64,000 nucleotides of DNA from Blasia pusilla (taxonomy: Eukaryota): assembly GCA_050084515.1 (NCBI GenBank), contig CM114271.1:38812001-38876000 (forward strand), read 5' to 3'. The first letter of the stretch is position 1. Every line of letters begins with the position of its first letter. The notes under the pieces were generated by a model. It worked only from the letters and a program-made list of their open reading frames with translations. It was not told the origin of the DNA and did no database searches. Both the position numbers and the translations under genes were made by a program. Shown piece by piece: positions 36,766 to 49,048 of this stretch.

Positions 36766-39700
36766 CTCCTGTCTGCCGCCACAATGCAATCTCCAGGCCG
36801 TCCAAATCCAGATCTCTCAGGCAAGCGATTGATTGTCGTCCGAAGTGATTGCCTTGCAGAGCGGAAAGAAATCGCAGGAATGAGCGAGGACCTCGAATGA
36901 ACCAGTGCCGGAAACCGATAGTAGATTATCGATCATTCGGGAAATGTGAGCGCGTAGACTTAGACCACAACATAGACTCCGTTCTCTCGCTCAACTCGAC
37001 AATGAGTCGCCATACAGCGTCACGGCAAACCGATCGGCTCTACTGAGGACGGACACTCCTCGGCAAGGCCCTACCGAAACTGTCACTGACATCGTGGATG
37101 TGTACACATGGAGACGGCAAGAGCGGCGAAGCCAGCCGGATATTCGATCCCGAGCAATTATTATGGAGTCAATCTGGCAAGACGGGGAAGCGCAGGTGAA
37201 ATGGACATGAGATTTCGGGTTTGCCCTCGTTTGTACGATTCCTCGGACTGAGTGAATCGATGTTACATACGACTGATGGTGACAACTCTCCGATGTCGAC
37301 GAGTCCCTTCCCCTACATTGGTCTCCGCTTGCAGAGAGCACCGTCACGGCCGCGAGGGATTCCCTGCCAGGATTCGACTTGGCAGATGAGCATCTGTCAC
37401 AATCCCGATCCATTGCCGGCACGGTCCGACGACTCCCGCAGCTCGCGTCTGCGCTGGGCATCTTGCGGAACGCGTACGCTGCACTTGCACATTCATGAAC
37501 GGAGGTCTGCGCACCGGTTCTGCTGCGCAGGTGCTCCCGACTTCTCGGAACGTTCTAGGAGAGCTGCCAGCGCAAGCGTGGACCGAGTTAGCATGGCAGT
37601 AGAGACATGGTCAAACGGGAATTGCTACTATTTTATTATTATCGCGCTTGCCCACTCCTGTTCCCTCGTTGCGCTGATCCGAATCGCTTCTTCTCTGCTT
37701 ACTTCTGATTTCCGTAGCTTCAATTGTTTCTCGGATCCACCTAAACTCTTGCAATCCGAGGCACATTGCCATGAGGCAGGCGGTCGGCCCCACGCTTACA
37801 GCCGCGGACCTCTTTTAACTAGTGCGCTTCCTGAGTCGCTGGTAGCCCTCTCCTCCCCTACTCTTCCTCCTCTCATCCGAGCCCTCTCCCCACCTTTCCC
37901 CTACGACCTTTTCACGCGTTCGCCTTTCGAAGGAACACGTTGTAAGACGCGGACGCTCCGCGAACGGATCCGCATACAATAATCGCCACTGGATCGAGGG
38001 CTCGTGATGTTATGTGCTTCGGGCTGCAGGAATCCGTTAGAGGCTTCGTTCTCGACGAAAGTCAAGCTCTGAGAACAGCGATGGAAACAAGTCAGTATCT
38101 CGCAATCGTAGATTCGGTCGTGTTCTCGAGCGTGGTGGTGATCTCAGCGCTTTCAGGGTTTAGTGCTCCCCAGCGCAGACGCGCGCTAAAGGTGCCCCCC
38201 GCGCGCGGCAATTCTCCCGGAGTCCCTGGAGCAGGCGGAAACTAGCGGATGCGACGACTGCTGAACGGCGGGTGTCCCGAGTCACGACGACGATATCAAT
38301 AATTCAAGCTCCTTGCGCTAGTCCATGACATTCGCAGCCATCGATTCCACTTCTAGAGACGAAATTCAGCCGCCACTCAACGTCCAAGAAGTGGAAATCT
38401 CCGATCTGCCAACAGTCCCGAAAGCTTTCAATTCTCACCATATTGCGTCTCCGGCCCCAAATAGATGCGTACTCATTCCACGACCTTCTGCAGAAACCCC
38501 AAATAGACGTGTACTAATTCCACGAGATTTTCGCAGAATTGCCGCAAGCATTTGTGAACACGAGACGCGACAAGAAATCGCACAGTAGCGATTCCCAGAT
38601 CGAAGTTAATCCAATCTCCTTAAAACTGCGAATAAGTCACCTCAATCTTGTTCAGTTTAGGAGACTCCTGTGGACGTACTTACTACTTAGCCCAGTTCCC
38701 CCAGTAACCCTCGAGGAAGTGGTTTATTTGGCGGCACATGGAGAGGGAGCACGGATTCCATAAAACGGGAATTTTGTCATTTTTTTCGTACTCCTGTATG
38801 TTTAGAATATGCACTCTTCTCGTGTTACCAACGAGTATATTTATTTATTAACATAAGATTGTTTCTTGATTAAAAAAAACCTCTTTCATGACATAGGGGT
38901 AAGAGAATGTTTTGGCTCACCATAGAATGCATAGCACTTATTGCTCCCACTGTGTCTCGAGTTCAATTGACGGGTCCCCCAAACCCCTTCCCCCCGATCG
39001 GGATTGGAATGCCCTACACCCGCCCCACGGCTACATTTTCCCGGCAATGGTGACCCTCTTGGATGCTCGGGGACGCTCTCGAATATCCGTCCACGGATAT
39101 CCGAGAGCAATGTGGATGGTATGTGGATGGTATGGCATACATGTGCAATTTGAAATTCAAATTGCCCAGCTTATAAATCCAGGAAGTGAGTCGTCGTAGT
39201 GAGGAGGCAGTCCTGAGAGAGATTCGTCATGCAAGAGCTTTGCCATCAAAGAGGACGGATGTACTGCTGAGGACAGAGTTGATGCGGAGGACGGAGCTGC
39301 TACGTTGACGAAGCTATGGCAGAAGGCGATGCTGCTGATTTTGCAACAAATTTCAGGATTTTGTAATTGCTGATTTTGCTACGAATTTCCCAACGTGAAG
39401 GTGATTGTCCCTGCAAAATTTCAATCGGCTGCACATCCTTAGAGATGGATGTGTTTATGAACAAATTCATCTCTGTGATGTGTTGAATCCTCCGTTGCAG
39501 AGATTTGCCCTCCGTTGCACGATTACGTAATTCTTTTTGTCACGAAGAGTTTACCTCACTGGTTTGGAAGGGGGATTGGAGGGTCATTTTGATATCCGCA
39601 GCATTGATCGTTGCAGCCAGAGTGCTTTCGGTTTCGTAACGTAGTAGGTTTGTCATGTCTCGGAACCTTGGAGATGGACGTGTTTATGAACACATTCATC

Positions 39701-41699
39701 TCCGGAGTGTATGAAGGGCCAGTTGGATGGGTTATTCGTCTGTTGATTTTCGCATTTGTTCTGTAGGCTTACAAGATGACACAGGCAGAGAATTAGGGAA
39801 GATCTGCCTCAGAGCTTTTGTGCTTGTTTTTGAAATCCGTAGAGTTGCATTGCTGGAATGCCTTACGTTTTCTACAACTGCGCCAGATGACACTAGTGGC
39901 CAATTGATTGCGGTTCTTTCTTGAATAGATGGGGAGTCACTTTTTGGTTGTCGCTTTACCTGTATAAGTGTATTAAGTTCCGCATGGTACTTGGTCATGC
40001 GCAATGATTCAACCTCTGGTGCTTGATTATGTATTTGGTGGGTCAGTTGGTCTTTGTAGTTACTTGCTTCTTGAAATCTCTCTATTTCCATTGATATGTT
40101 GAGAATGTATCGTCAAGGTGTATTAGATGGGTTTTGGTGTTGCATGTGACCATGTCACTCTGAGATTGGCCACCAATCGCCGATTTTGAAAGTTGTGGCT
40201 CTCGTAGAAAGCTTTCTGTGTACAGTTCCTCTGATGGGCTCGTATGCCCCTTTTTCCCTTGGGTTTCCCCTGTATCGTAAGAATGAAGTGAGAATCACTA
40301 TTGAGGTTCTTGTTGCATTTGTGAAGATGTATTTATTCACATATCAGAGAAAGGTTATTTGGTTTGTAGGGTGGAGTGTGGGTTATCTTGATATCCGTTG
40401 CCCTGTCAGTTGCCACCGGGATGTTTCCCATCTCCAACATTGGCGTCTATTGGGTCTTAGGGGATTGAAGGTAACTTCTATGGCATCTTTTTTTGTGTAG
40501 AAAAAATCATCCATCCACTTTTTCTCGCACTCATCGACACTAAGTAGATGTCTTATGAATTATACTCTGGGATCATGTCAACACTAAATGCTTATTGTTG
40601 TTAAGGTGTCATCCGTGTATTTCCCTAAAGTGAGTGGATATTGCATTTGAGAACCCTGACATGGCTGGAATACCTTCTTTGTGTCCGTTAAGACACAAAG
40701 AAAATGTAATTTATTAAAAGAGAATCGATTGAGAATTTTCTAGATAGTGGATAACTCTTCTTTGTACAATAGTGTTGATTATGTTTTTATTTGTTCTTTT
40801 GAAGTTTTGTTCGTAAGGTGTGACTTTGTTAGATATGGAAAAATGCCTAATACTAAAACTTGCTCCTTCCTTTTGTGAATGAAGGGTATTGAGTGGATGC
40901 TTATGGATTCAAGTCAATCAAATCAACAAAACTTGGCTACAAAGTCTCCCCATATTATTATTAGAAAAGCGAGATTGGAGGAAGAGTTAGAGCTGCAAAA
41001 ATCGAGCAAGTGGAAGCGGAGTTAAAGCAACGTGCAGAGGAAGTTGACAAGTTCTACAAAGAATGTGCAATTAATGAACTATATGAGGAAGAGAGAGCCG
41101 AAGCTATGGCATATTTTACGAACCTTCAGTGAGATGAACAACTTGCTAAATTCAAGAAGCAAAACGACAAGGAGGAGGAAAGATGGTGGAATATAAAGAA
41201 TTGGTTACTAAAATGAGGCGTGATGCATGCTTGTAGATTGTTGTCTGGTAGGATACTAAACAGATATAGTATGTATTAAAGGAAAGAAAAGGACCTCTTG
41301 TTTAGAGATAACAAAATCTCTAATGTTCTCTATGGAAATACTTTCTTCACATGTGGAAACACATTTTTTTTCGTGAAAAAAAAATAATTTTGTGTGAATT
41401 GGTTTGATGTTTATTAAATTATGATCTTCATGACTTCATATGAATGAATTATTTTTATTTTTTGATTTAAAGAAATTACAAACCTCAAACCCATCATCCC
41501 TAAGTGTAAAATTTTTTTTTCATAAAAATAGGGCATCAAAGGAAGAAATATTGCTATAGATATATCCTAGCAAAACGAAGGCGTTCCAACTATCTTATAG
41601 GGTATTTAGTGGCAGATGATCTGCTTAAAATATTGCTTCAAATGTTACTCAGAAAATGGAAAGTTTATGTTCTAGCTAATGGAAATCCTTATACCATTC

Positions 41700-42220
41700 T
41701 TTTACCCAAACGAATAGAAAACATGTGTAAAACTATAAAATAAAGTGAATGGATAAGTGAATAATATGGTAAGCATTCCATCTTAAAATTAAGGACGTTG
41801 AGAAATTATGGGAAAATTCATAAGAGTGTCGGGAGGATCGAGGTAAATAGAAAGCATTCCATCTTCCACACACATTACACTCGAATAAAATCATAATTAA
41901 TTATAAAATTGGAAGTGGGAAGTTGTTGTACGGAGCTGAAGGAAAGTATTCCACTCTTTCCTTTACCATTTTTTGTTTGTGTATTTTAGTTACTTAGTGC
42001 CGCATAGAAAGAATTCCACCTTTCCCATACAATTCTAGAGAAGTCTCATAGCCATGGTTGGCATGGAGTATTATATCCTTTTGTTACTCAAAGAAACGGA
42101 AAGCATGTGTAAAACTACAAAATAAATTGAATGGATGAGTGGATAGTGTTGAAAGTATTCCTTCTTAAAATTAAGAGGACCAGAAAATAAAGGGAAAATT
42201 TATAAAATTTTCGAGAGATT
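41700..42220. repeat. Diverged direct repeat (~140 bp, about 380 bp apart)
   Basis: CATGTGTAAAACTA.AAAATAAA.TGAATGGAT.AGTG...TTCC.TCTTAAAATTAAG at ~41722 and ~42104. Confidence 0.65.
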
Positions 42221-42411
42221 CTACGTTTATACCAAGAATTCCATCTCCTAGTTGAATATATGGATCGGTAAATAATGTTCATATATGGAAAATAGGAGAT
42301 GGCAAACAAAATAATTCACCTCAAGCAAAGGTTAAAAATTGGAAGACATTCTGCTATCCTCCATAGTAATGTTAGTACAACTTTTACTAGAGCTCTGTAG
42401 TCTTAGAACTA

Positions 42412-43057
42412 TGTCACATCTTTTAGGATAGATCAGTGAGATCTAGTAGAGCGCCTTCGCGAGTAGTGGAGGACAGACTCAAAAGGTCAAGGATGACCTG
42501 CTGAGGCCCTGGGAAACCCGAGAGACCAGGTTTTCCCTTCGTTTTGGCTTATTTAGAGCCATATTGAGGAACTTACTATTTTAGGTAATTATCATTTTAA
42601 GTATATGGTCGACTTTCTAATTTTGGTAAGTGACCCTTGACCTCCTACATCAGGTCAAGAGCCAAGGAGGTGACTTGGGAGCATAAGTTACCATGGAGAG
42701 AGCTTGGGAGATGGGAGGGGTTTACCTCAAGGAGAGAGAGCTTGAGAGCTCATTCTCTCTTTGTTGAACCTCTTGGCATGAGGCGGCGGAGCTATGGTCT
42801 TGCTTGCCTTATGTGTGTAACCTAAGCCTCTCATTAGGAGAGTGGGTTTGGTTTGACATTGAAAGAGACATGTGAGAGCGCACACATATGAGAACTATGG
42901 TGTTGTGAGAAAGATTGGATCTTATTTTCATTGGAGATATTTTGGTACTTCTTGTCTTGTTGTTTGGATACCATGAGTTAGCATGGCATCATACGTCTTT
43001 GTGTGTGTGTTTGGTGACCGCGATGTATGTTGTGTAGCAATGTGTATGCGCACGACA
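42412..43057. mobile_element. Solo LTR inserted inside the left inverted repeat
   Basis: TGTCA...CGACA termini with flanks ACTA / ACTC (4-bp TSD, one mismatch). Removing it restores the 52-bp inverted repeat exactly in register. Confidence 0.8.
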
Positions 43058-43087
43058 ACTCAGAGCCTTTACTGGCTCTAGGTTTTG

Positions 43088-43201
43088 GAACCCCCACTAC
43101 CCTCCCCCCCCCCCGCGGGGGGGGGGGGTAGCGGGGGTTCTGGAGTTGGTAGATATGCCGCTACCCCCCCCCGGGGGGGAGTAGCGGCATATCTACCAAC
43201 T
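43088..43201. repeat. Two adjacent long GC-rich hairpins
   Basis: 43088-43140 is an imperfect palindrome GAACCCCCACTAC-C-rich/G-rich-GTAGCGGGGGTTC. 43144-43201 is a perfect 21-bp stem AGTTGGTAGATATGCCGCTAC / GTAGCGGCATATCTACCAACT around a C-run/G-run centre. Confidence 0.9.
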
Positions 43202-46200
43202 TCGCCGCCGCCGCATGCCATGACTCTGTGGGGAACGTCCCGAGCACCAGCTCTGAGGGCAAGTCCACCACCTCCTCAACTACCTCTGAACAAGAAGCAG
43301 TCATCTCTCCACGCTCACACAACGTGGCAGCCAATCGGAACACCTCAGTTGGTCCAACTCCCAACGTCGCCAACTCTAAGGCGGAAAATAGCGGAGTCTG
43401 ACTCACTCTAGTGGCCACCTCCAACACTATAGTCGACACTGACTCCACTCGAGCCGGCATAGGAGTTGTCACTCCAACTCCTCGTGACGTCGACGTAGGT
43501 GCCTGAACGGTAGGCACCGCTGGTCGTCGAGGCACCATCGATGGTGTGTGTAGTGCCTCCGACAATGTGAACGACTGTGGAACCTTGGCCTGCCGCCCAT
43601 CGGTCCCCTATGGTGGGTCAATCTCAACTCCAACTCTCGATGGCTCGGTGCCTCTCGCAGCACCCCGAGTCACCACAGCAGCTGCCTCAACCTGGGCTGC
43701 ACTACACATGAATCCCATATTGGAGAGATCCTCACCCGGGTCAGGGTAAGAGGTAGAGAATGGAGTCACACTAGCTGCTAGCAGCTCCATGCCTTCCCTA
43801 AGCTGCATCATCGTCATGGCAGCAATCCTCTGCTCCAACTGATCGATGCGTGAGAGAAGTTTCGGCTCTGGTGCTCCTGCTCCATCTCCTCTGGCTGGTG
43901 GTGGTCCTCTACCACCACGTCCAGGAAGAACTCCCCGAACTCCTCCAGGACGACTGCCCCCAGGCCCTCGGCCTACCCTGGATGTGCCCCTCGGGGAAGG
44001 TCAAAACATCTATCCCTAGTGTGACCATATCTGTGGCAATGGTCACACTGGTCATACATACACCCCTACGCGGCAACCACCGTATATCCACCAATATGCT
44101 ACACATGAACAGAATCTACACTCGTCACCATCACTGCACCCACCTAGCACCAGCTACTACGTATACCCGATACCCAGCACTTTCAATCACAAACAACAAG
44201 TACGGGAAAAGGGACTCGAATGGGTAACATGATGACGCCCACCAACCTACGTACCGTCCGCACTCACTCCTCCATGTGGTATGACAACCTCATGATTGAC
44301 AAACTCTCGTCGCGGATCCCCTCCACACTCGAGAATCACCAAATGCAAAAACGAGCTCCCACTGCACAACTTGCCTTAACCACGTCCAATCGCTCAACCT
44401 CGTAGCATGAGTCAACCTGGTCTGGCTCCACTCCTACCACATACGCCCTATCCGACCATGTCAATATAACCCCGACCACATCCCGCCTTGCCCGACCACA
44501 TCCGTACTCTCAGCCACGTAGCTCAACATCATCCACGTCTGCTATCCAACTATGTAGGTCACTTACCACGTCGGTATCCTCACCTATGCGCGCCTCCCAA
44601 CTGCGGGGAAGAGAGGGGAGGGGAGGGAAGTGAATGAGGGGAAGAGAGGTAAATGCAGGGGGGTGGAGGGAGGGAATAAATGCGGGGGGACCTTACGACT
44701 TTTCCAAAGTGCGGGAAAGGGGTGTGTCTCACACCTTGTCCACCTCCGCGCTCGGCTGCCTCCGCCTCCGCACCTTGTCCGCCTCCTTTGCCTCTACGCC
44801 CTTAACCTAGCCGCACCTAGCCCTAGCCATCCTTGCAACCCTAGCCTTGGCGGCTACAAACCCTCAGTGTTTCCTTTCTACACTCCAGCTGTGCGCCGTT
44901 CTCTTGACGCTCCAACACTTTGCGTTGCACCCAAACGCTCTTGCGTAACCCCCACTGTTGTTGTCCCTCGTCAACCTGCACCCGAAAAATTTGAGAAAAA
45001 TGGACAGCGCTTCCGCCCACGGCCTTATGAACAGAAAAATGACTAACACACGCATCTCTAGGGGCTCTTGACCAAGGCAACTCGCTTGCCTACCTGCAAA
45101 CAACAAATTCCCATCAGCCCCTTGACATCTTTCTCATGTAAAAATATAAAGAATAGTAAAAACGGCACACCCGACCTAAAACTCCACTCCTCAATCTACA
45201 TCGGCATATCGAGCCTTGTCCACCCTGTGCTATCAAGGAATCCAGACGCTAGCACCCTAGTCCTATCTCACAGACATAGTGTCGCGACCCTCATGACCAA
45301 AACGAGTGCCAAGCGGAACATCGGAACATTAGCGAGCTCACGCTAAGATGGTTTGCGCGTTAAAGTAGTCTCGAAGAGGAGACAAGAGACAAGATGCGAG
45401 CGAGGCTTCTTGTTTCAGATGTTGTGGTCGCGACCGAGAAACCTGGACCAAACGCGGAATGAGACTTGAAGAAGTCGAGTCTAGGAAGTGGGTTGCCAAA
45501 GGAAGAATCCGTATTTGGAACACCACTAGCGTTTGAGAGTTTCCGACTGTATTTATGGCCATAAATTTTAGCGCCAAGATGCGTTTGAATTAAATAAGGG
45601 TGCGTTAGAAAGCTTATGGAAAGCCGGTTCAAACGCACTAAAGATCTCTGCAAACGCTTTAGCGGCTGAGAAAAAAATCCGAAAGCTTATTTGTAAGTAG
45701 AGTCGGGTTGAGGGCCACAATGAAGGGCCCGACCCTCCTTTTCCAAAAAGGGGGGGGGGCGGGGGGGGGGGTGTTATTGGAGAACTCCAATAGTACTAGT
45801 AAGGGGGAAGGTCTCCGAGAGTGCTTGGAACCTGAACCCCACTTTGGGCGCCGCCGGGCAGCTCAAGGGCATGGAACGGAACGCGAGTTTAGGGGTTGGG
45901 TTGGAAAACCTGCACCAAGTCTATTGAGGTGATTTTAGACGTCCCTCTTGGATTTCACCCCGCGACTCAATTACTTGGGTCTCGGTTTGGAGCTCACACG
46001 AGGTCCGTTGAACAGCTGGGATCGCTAGGCGCGCAAGTGCCGTTTCAGATCCCTGGACTAACCAAGAAGTGTGTCCCAAGTTTTGAAGGACTTGCCGTGT
46101 TTTGGAAACTAGGAACTAAGGAAGGTTGAGCTTGATGAGACGCCGAGTTGAGAACTCGGTGGGTTGGAATGCTGGTTGGCCCAGACCCGACTAACGAGAG

Positions 46201-46839
46201 TGCGTGTTTGGGTGCAGATTGGCGATGAGATCGTGACCTACTGAACGTACGCTTCCGCAACACTAAAGATTGACGTTCAAGGAGAGTAGGGGCGCGACAC
46301 CAACGGCCCAACATGAGAAAGATGGCTTAGGAAAGCCATCTTCTTGTCTTATATAGGGTTGGGAAGAGCCAAAAGGCTCTTCCCCTAAAAATAGCCCTCC
46401 CCTTGGTAACCTGCACGCACAGGTTACCAGGGGCGGATGACTTGGTCAACAAGTCATCCGGCTGTAAAAGACCTCTACATGAAATTTTCCAGAAACGACA
46501 TTCCTGACACAATGGACTTGTCCTCAACCTCATCCGACACTGTGGGACAAAGTTACACTCAAGATAGTCCGTTGGCTCCTACGCCCTATCCACGATAGAT
46601 CTCGGCCTATCGACTACTCAGATGTGATAAAGCACCAACCTCACTACTTTACTTTGATAAAGTTATCTTTTATTTATAACCTCTTTTTTTAAAGTTGGGC
46701 CCGCATAAAAGAGGCACCATAAAGAGGTTTAAACGTGGGAATTTCCTTTTCCTAAGCTAATTTACTTAATACTAATAAAACTCTATCTAACACTTAACAA
46801 GGAAGGAGTTTACACACTCGCTGATTTTACTATACGACA
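43202..46839 (-). mobile_element. 5' part of a Ty3/Gypsy-like retrotransposon (LTR, PBS-like site, gag remnant)
   Basis: The minus strand begins TGTCGTATAG at 46839, and 46640-46839 is shared with the solo LTR end at 53325-53524. There is a TATA-like CTATATAAG at ~46350 and CGGCGCCCAAAGTGGGG (45853-45837), resembling a tRNA-Lys PBS. A CCHC knuckle CDHCHRYGHTRDRC lies at ~44047-44006. The inner LTR boundary is ambiguous (45772 or ~45855). Confidence 0.65.
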
Positions 46840-48091
46840 ATGGTTCATGATACCACTTTTTCCATGTGAGTTACAAAAAAAAGTTTAGAGACTAATTTTC
46901 GTCTCCAAATATTTCCTCCATTGGCTTTAGAGAGTGGTGAAGCAAAATTGTGTCTGTCAAGCTACACTAGAGTTTTCCTTCAACTTGTTTCACGAGGTCT
47001 CTTCATGGAAGCAGGCAGTGTAACTTTAATGACCTAACCATTTTGGGTGGGCTCCCAAGTAGGCTGCTGTGCATTCTCTGACTATGGTGAGCGCCCAAGC
47101 AGAGAGCTCCTCTAATTATATGTGGGGTTTCTGCACGTACCATACCGAGATTTTTGAAAGTGTGCTACATTGGGCAAACAACACTATGGACTGCTGTAGG
47201 TTTTGGTCTCTTTCTGGGAGCCGGGAGTTTCATTCATTGTGGAAATTGGAGTTTCAGATGAATGTGAGTACACCCAAAATATATTGGGACATCTACAGTG
47301 TTCACAAATTTCATGGTCACAGAGAATGTGAAAGGGCAGGGTAATGATTAGGTACTAAAAGATTAGATTATTTGTTCGAAACAAGCTATTAGAAAGCGAT
47401 AACCGTTGCCGGTAAGAACTCAGAATTTGGATAAAAAATTTATGTTATATGTCATCCGATTAGACAAAAAAATCATCTACAACTGGTTCACATAAGGCGC
47501 TAATTGAATCCTGTTGAGAATATGTTCATCTTTTGTAGGGGTTCTTGACCGCAGGCGAGATTCATTAGATCTCTCCCAGGTCGGAATTCTACTGTACAAT
47601 GTTGGATGGATGGTTGTGGATTATTTTCAAATGGTTAGTACACATAATTACAAGAACAATGTGGACAAAGGAAGCAAACATAGTTGCTATTACCTTGATC
47701 TCAGAATGCTTCAGAACGGACATATCTGCAACAAAAACATAAGAGTTGGGAAGTTCTTTCACGTTCACGGTTGTGGTTGCTATTGTGTCTATAGCCTGCA
47801 AAAGCATTGACCATCTTTACGTTTAAACATCGTCTATAATTCTTGCAGCTCGAATAGCCGTGCAAAGACGGATTTTTTAAATTAATCAAACTTCAAGATT
47901 TAGGTGAAGCATAGCACTCTAAGGAAATCATTCCTCCAATCGACCAGAGCATTACATCTAATAATCTTATAAAGGTTTGATGTGATATGTATGGACACAC
48001 GTCGAGCAGATCTCTGTGCAAAGATCTCGAGGGATCAAGCTTGATATGTGAGGATATTCAAGCGACATCATTTAACTTGACTCCTTCACCT

Positions 48092-48243
48092 TATCCCACT
48101 TTTATGTCCATGTCCAAAAAGCTATGGCGTTTGTGAGGGAGGCTCATTTTGGGCAAATGCCATAGAGAGGGGAAACATACAAAAGCCACTGTATTCATAC
48201 AACTCGAATTTTGGCGGCTTTGGTTCCTTTAAAAGGAAAATGG
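48092..48243 (+). pseudogene. Fragment of a RelA/SpoT homolog (RSH) HD-domain exon
   Basis: 48112-48243 translates VQKAMAFVREAHFGQMP*RGETYKSHCIHTTRILAALVPLKGKW, matching the RelA/SpoT HD N-terminal motif A..FA..AH.GQ.R..G.PY..HC...A.ILA. It has one in-frame stop and I found no neighbouring exons. Confidence 0.75.
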
Positions 48244-48652
48244 GATAAAATCTATTCAATTGTATTGAAAAGTCCTTGAACACTCCATCTCCACGACAAA
48301 GATGACTGTGAAGATGTTGGGATCAAGCTACAAAATCTGATTCCACATCCACGAAAGATATATATTCATTAAGTAGTGTCCCTGCGCCATGGTTGGATGG
48401 TGCACCCATCCGAGAGAGAGAGAGAGAGAGATCTGGATCTTGTAAGAAGTCAGTAAAAGGCACAGTAGTTGGGGGAGAAAATCATAAGTACCACACATAG
48501 TGAAGACTTCATATGGACTCCGTGGCTACAAATCACACAGTGCAAAGGAAACTTAAAAAAACTTATTATGTGCAATAGGGACGAAACAATAGTAATGGCA
48601 AAGAATAATAAAAAAAGTGACGATAGTGAGTATTCGAGCATATCTCAACGGC

Positions 48653-49048
48653 GGAAAGTATTCCATATGCACCTCCGTGATTAAGATGATTCAAAGTTAC
48701 TTTGCTCTAATCAAGTTTGCCACAACGTTTGCGTTCCTTTATGAGCCACCAAATCGAGAGAATCATTCTAGAAAAAAAGATACGTAATCTTCTCCCGCCC
48801 TTCCTCCAACACGAACGGTATTGCTACAATCTCTGAATATTCGGGAAAACTTAGAGACGGAAAGTTTTCCACATGAACCTCCATGATTGAGATGATTTAG
48901 ATTCGCCTTTCTGTAATTAAGTTTGCCTTTGAACGCCACCGAGTTCGCCTTTCTTTCAGAGTCGCCAAAACGCGCGGATCATTCCTGAAAAGCACTGTGG
49001 AAAAATAGTGACCTAATCTTCCCCGCTCTGCCTCTAACATGAACGATA
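48653..49048. repeat. Diverged two-copy tandem repeat (~170-190 bp units)
   Basis: GGAAAGT.TTCCA.ATG.ACCTCC.TGATT.AGATGATT...AAGTTTGCC...TAATCTT..CCCGC.CT.CCTC.AACA.GAACG at ~48653 and ~48859. Confidence 0.65.

Noticed and set aside
37221..37982. 253-aa ORF, plus ORFs antisense to DUF247 and TGD1
   Set aside because: Non-ATG starts or shadow frames in GC-rich DNA, with no recognisable domain.
39180..41220. Possible decayed spliced gene (coiled-coil-like acidic stretch at ~40960-41215)
   Set aside because: Broken by stops, with no domain I can name and no consistent exon chain; probably a TE accessory-gene remnant.
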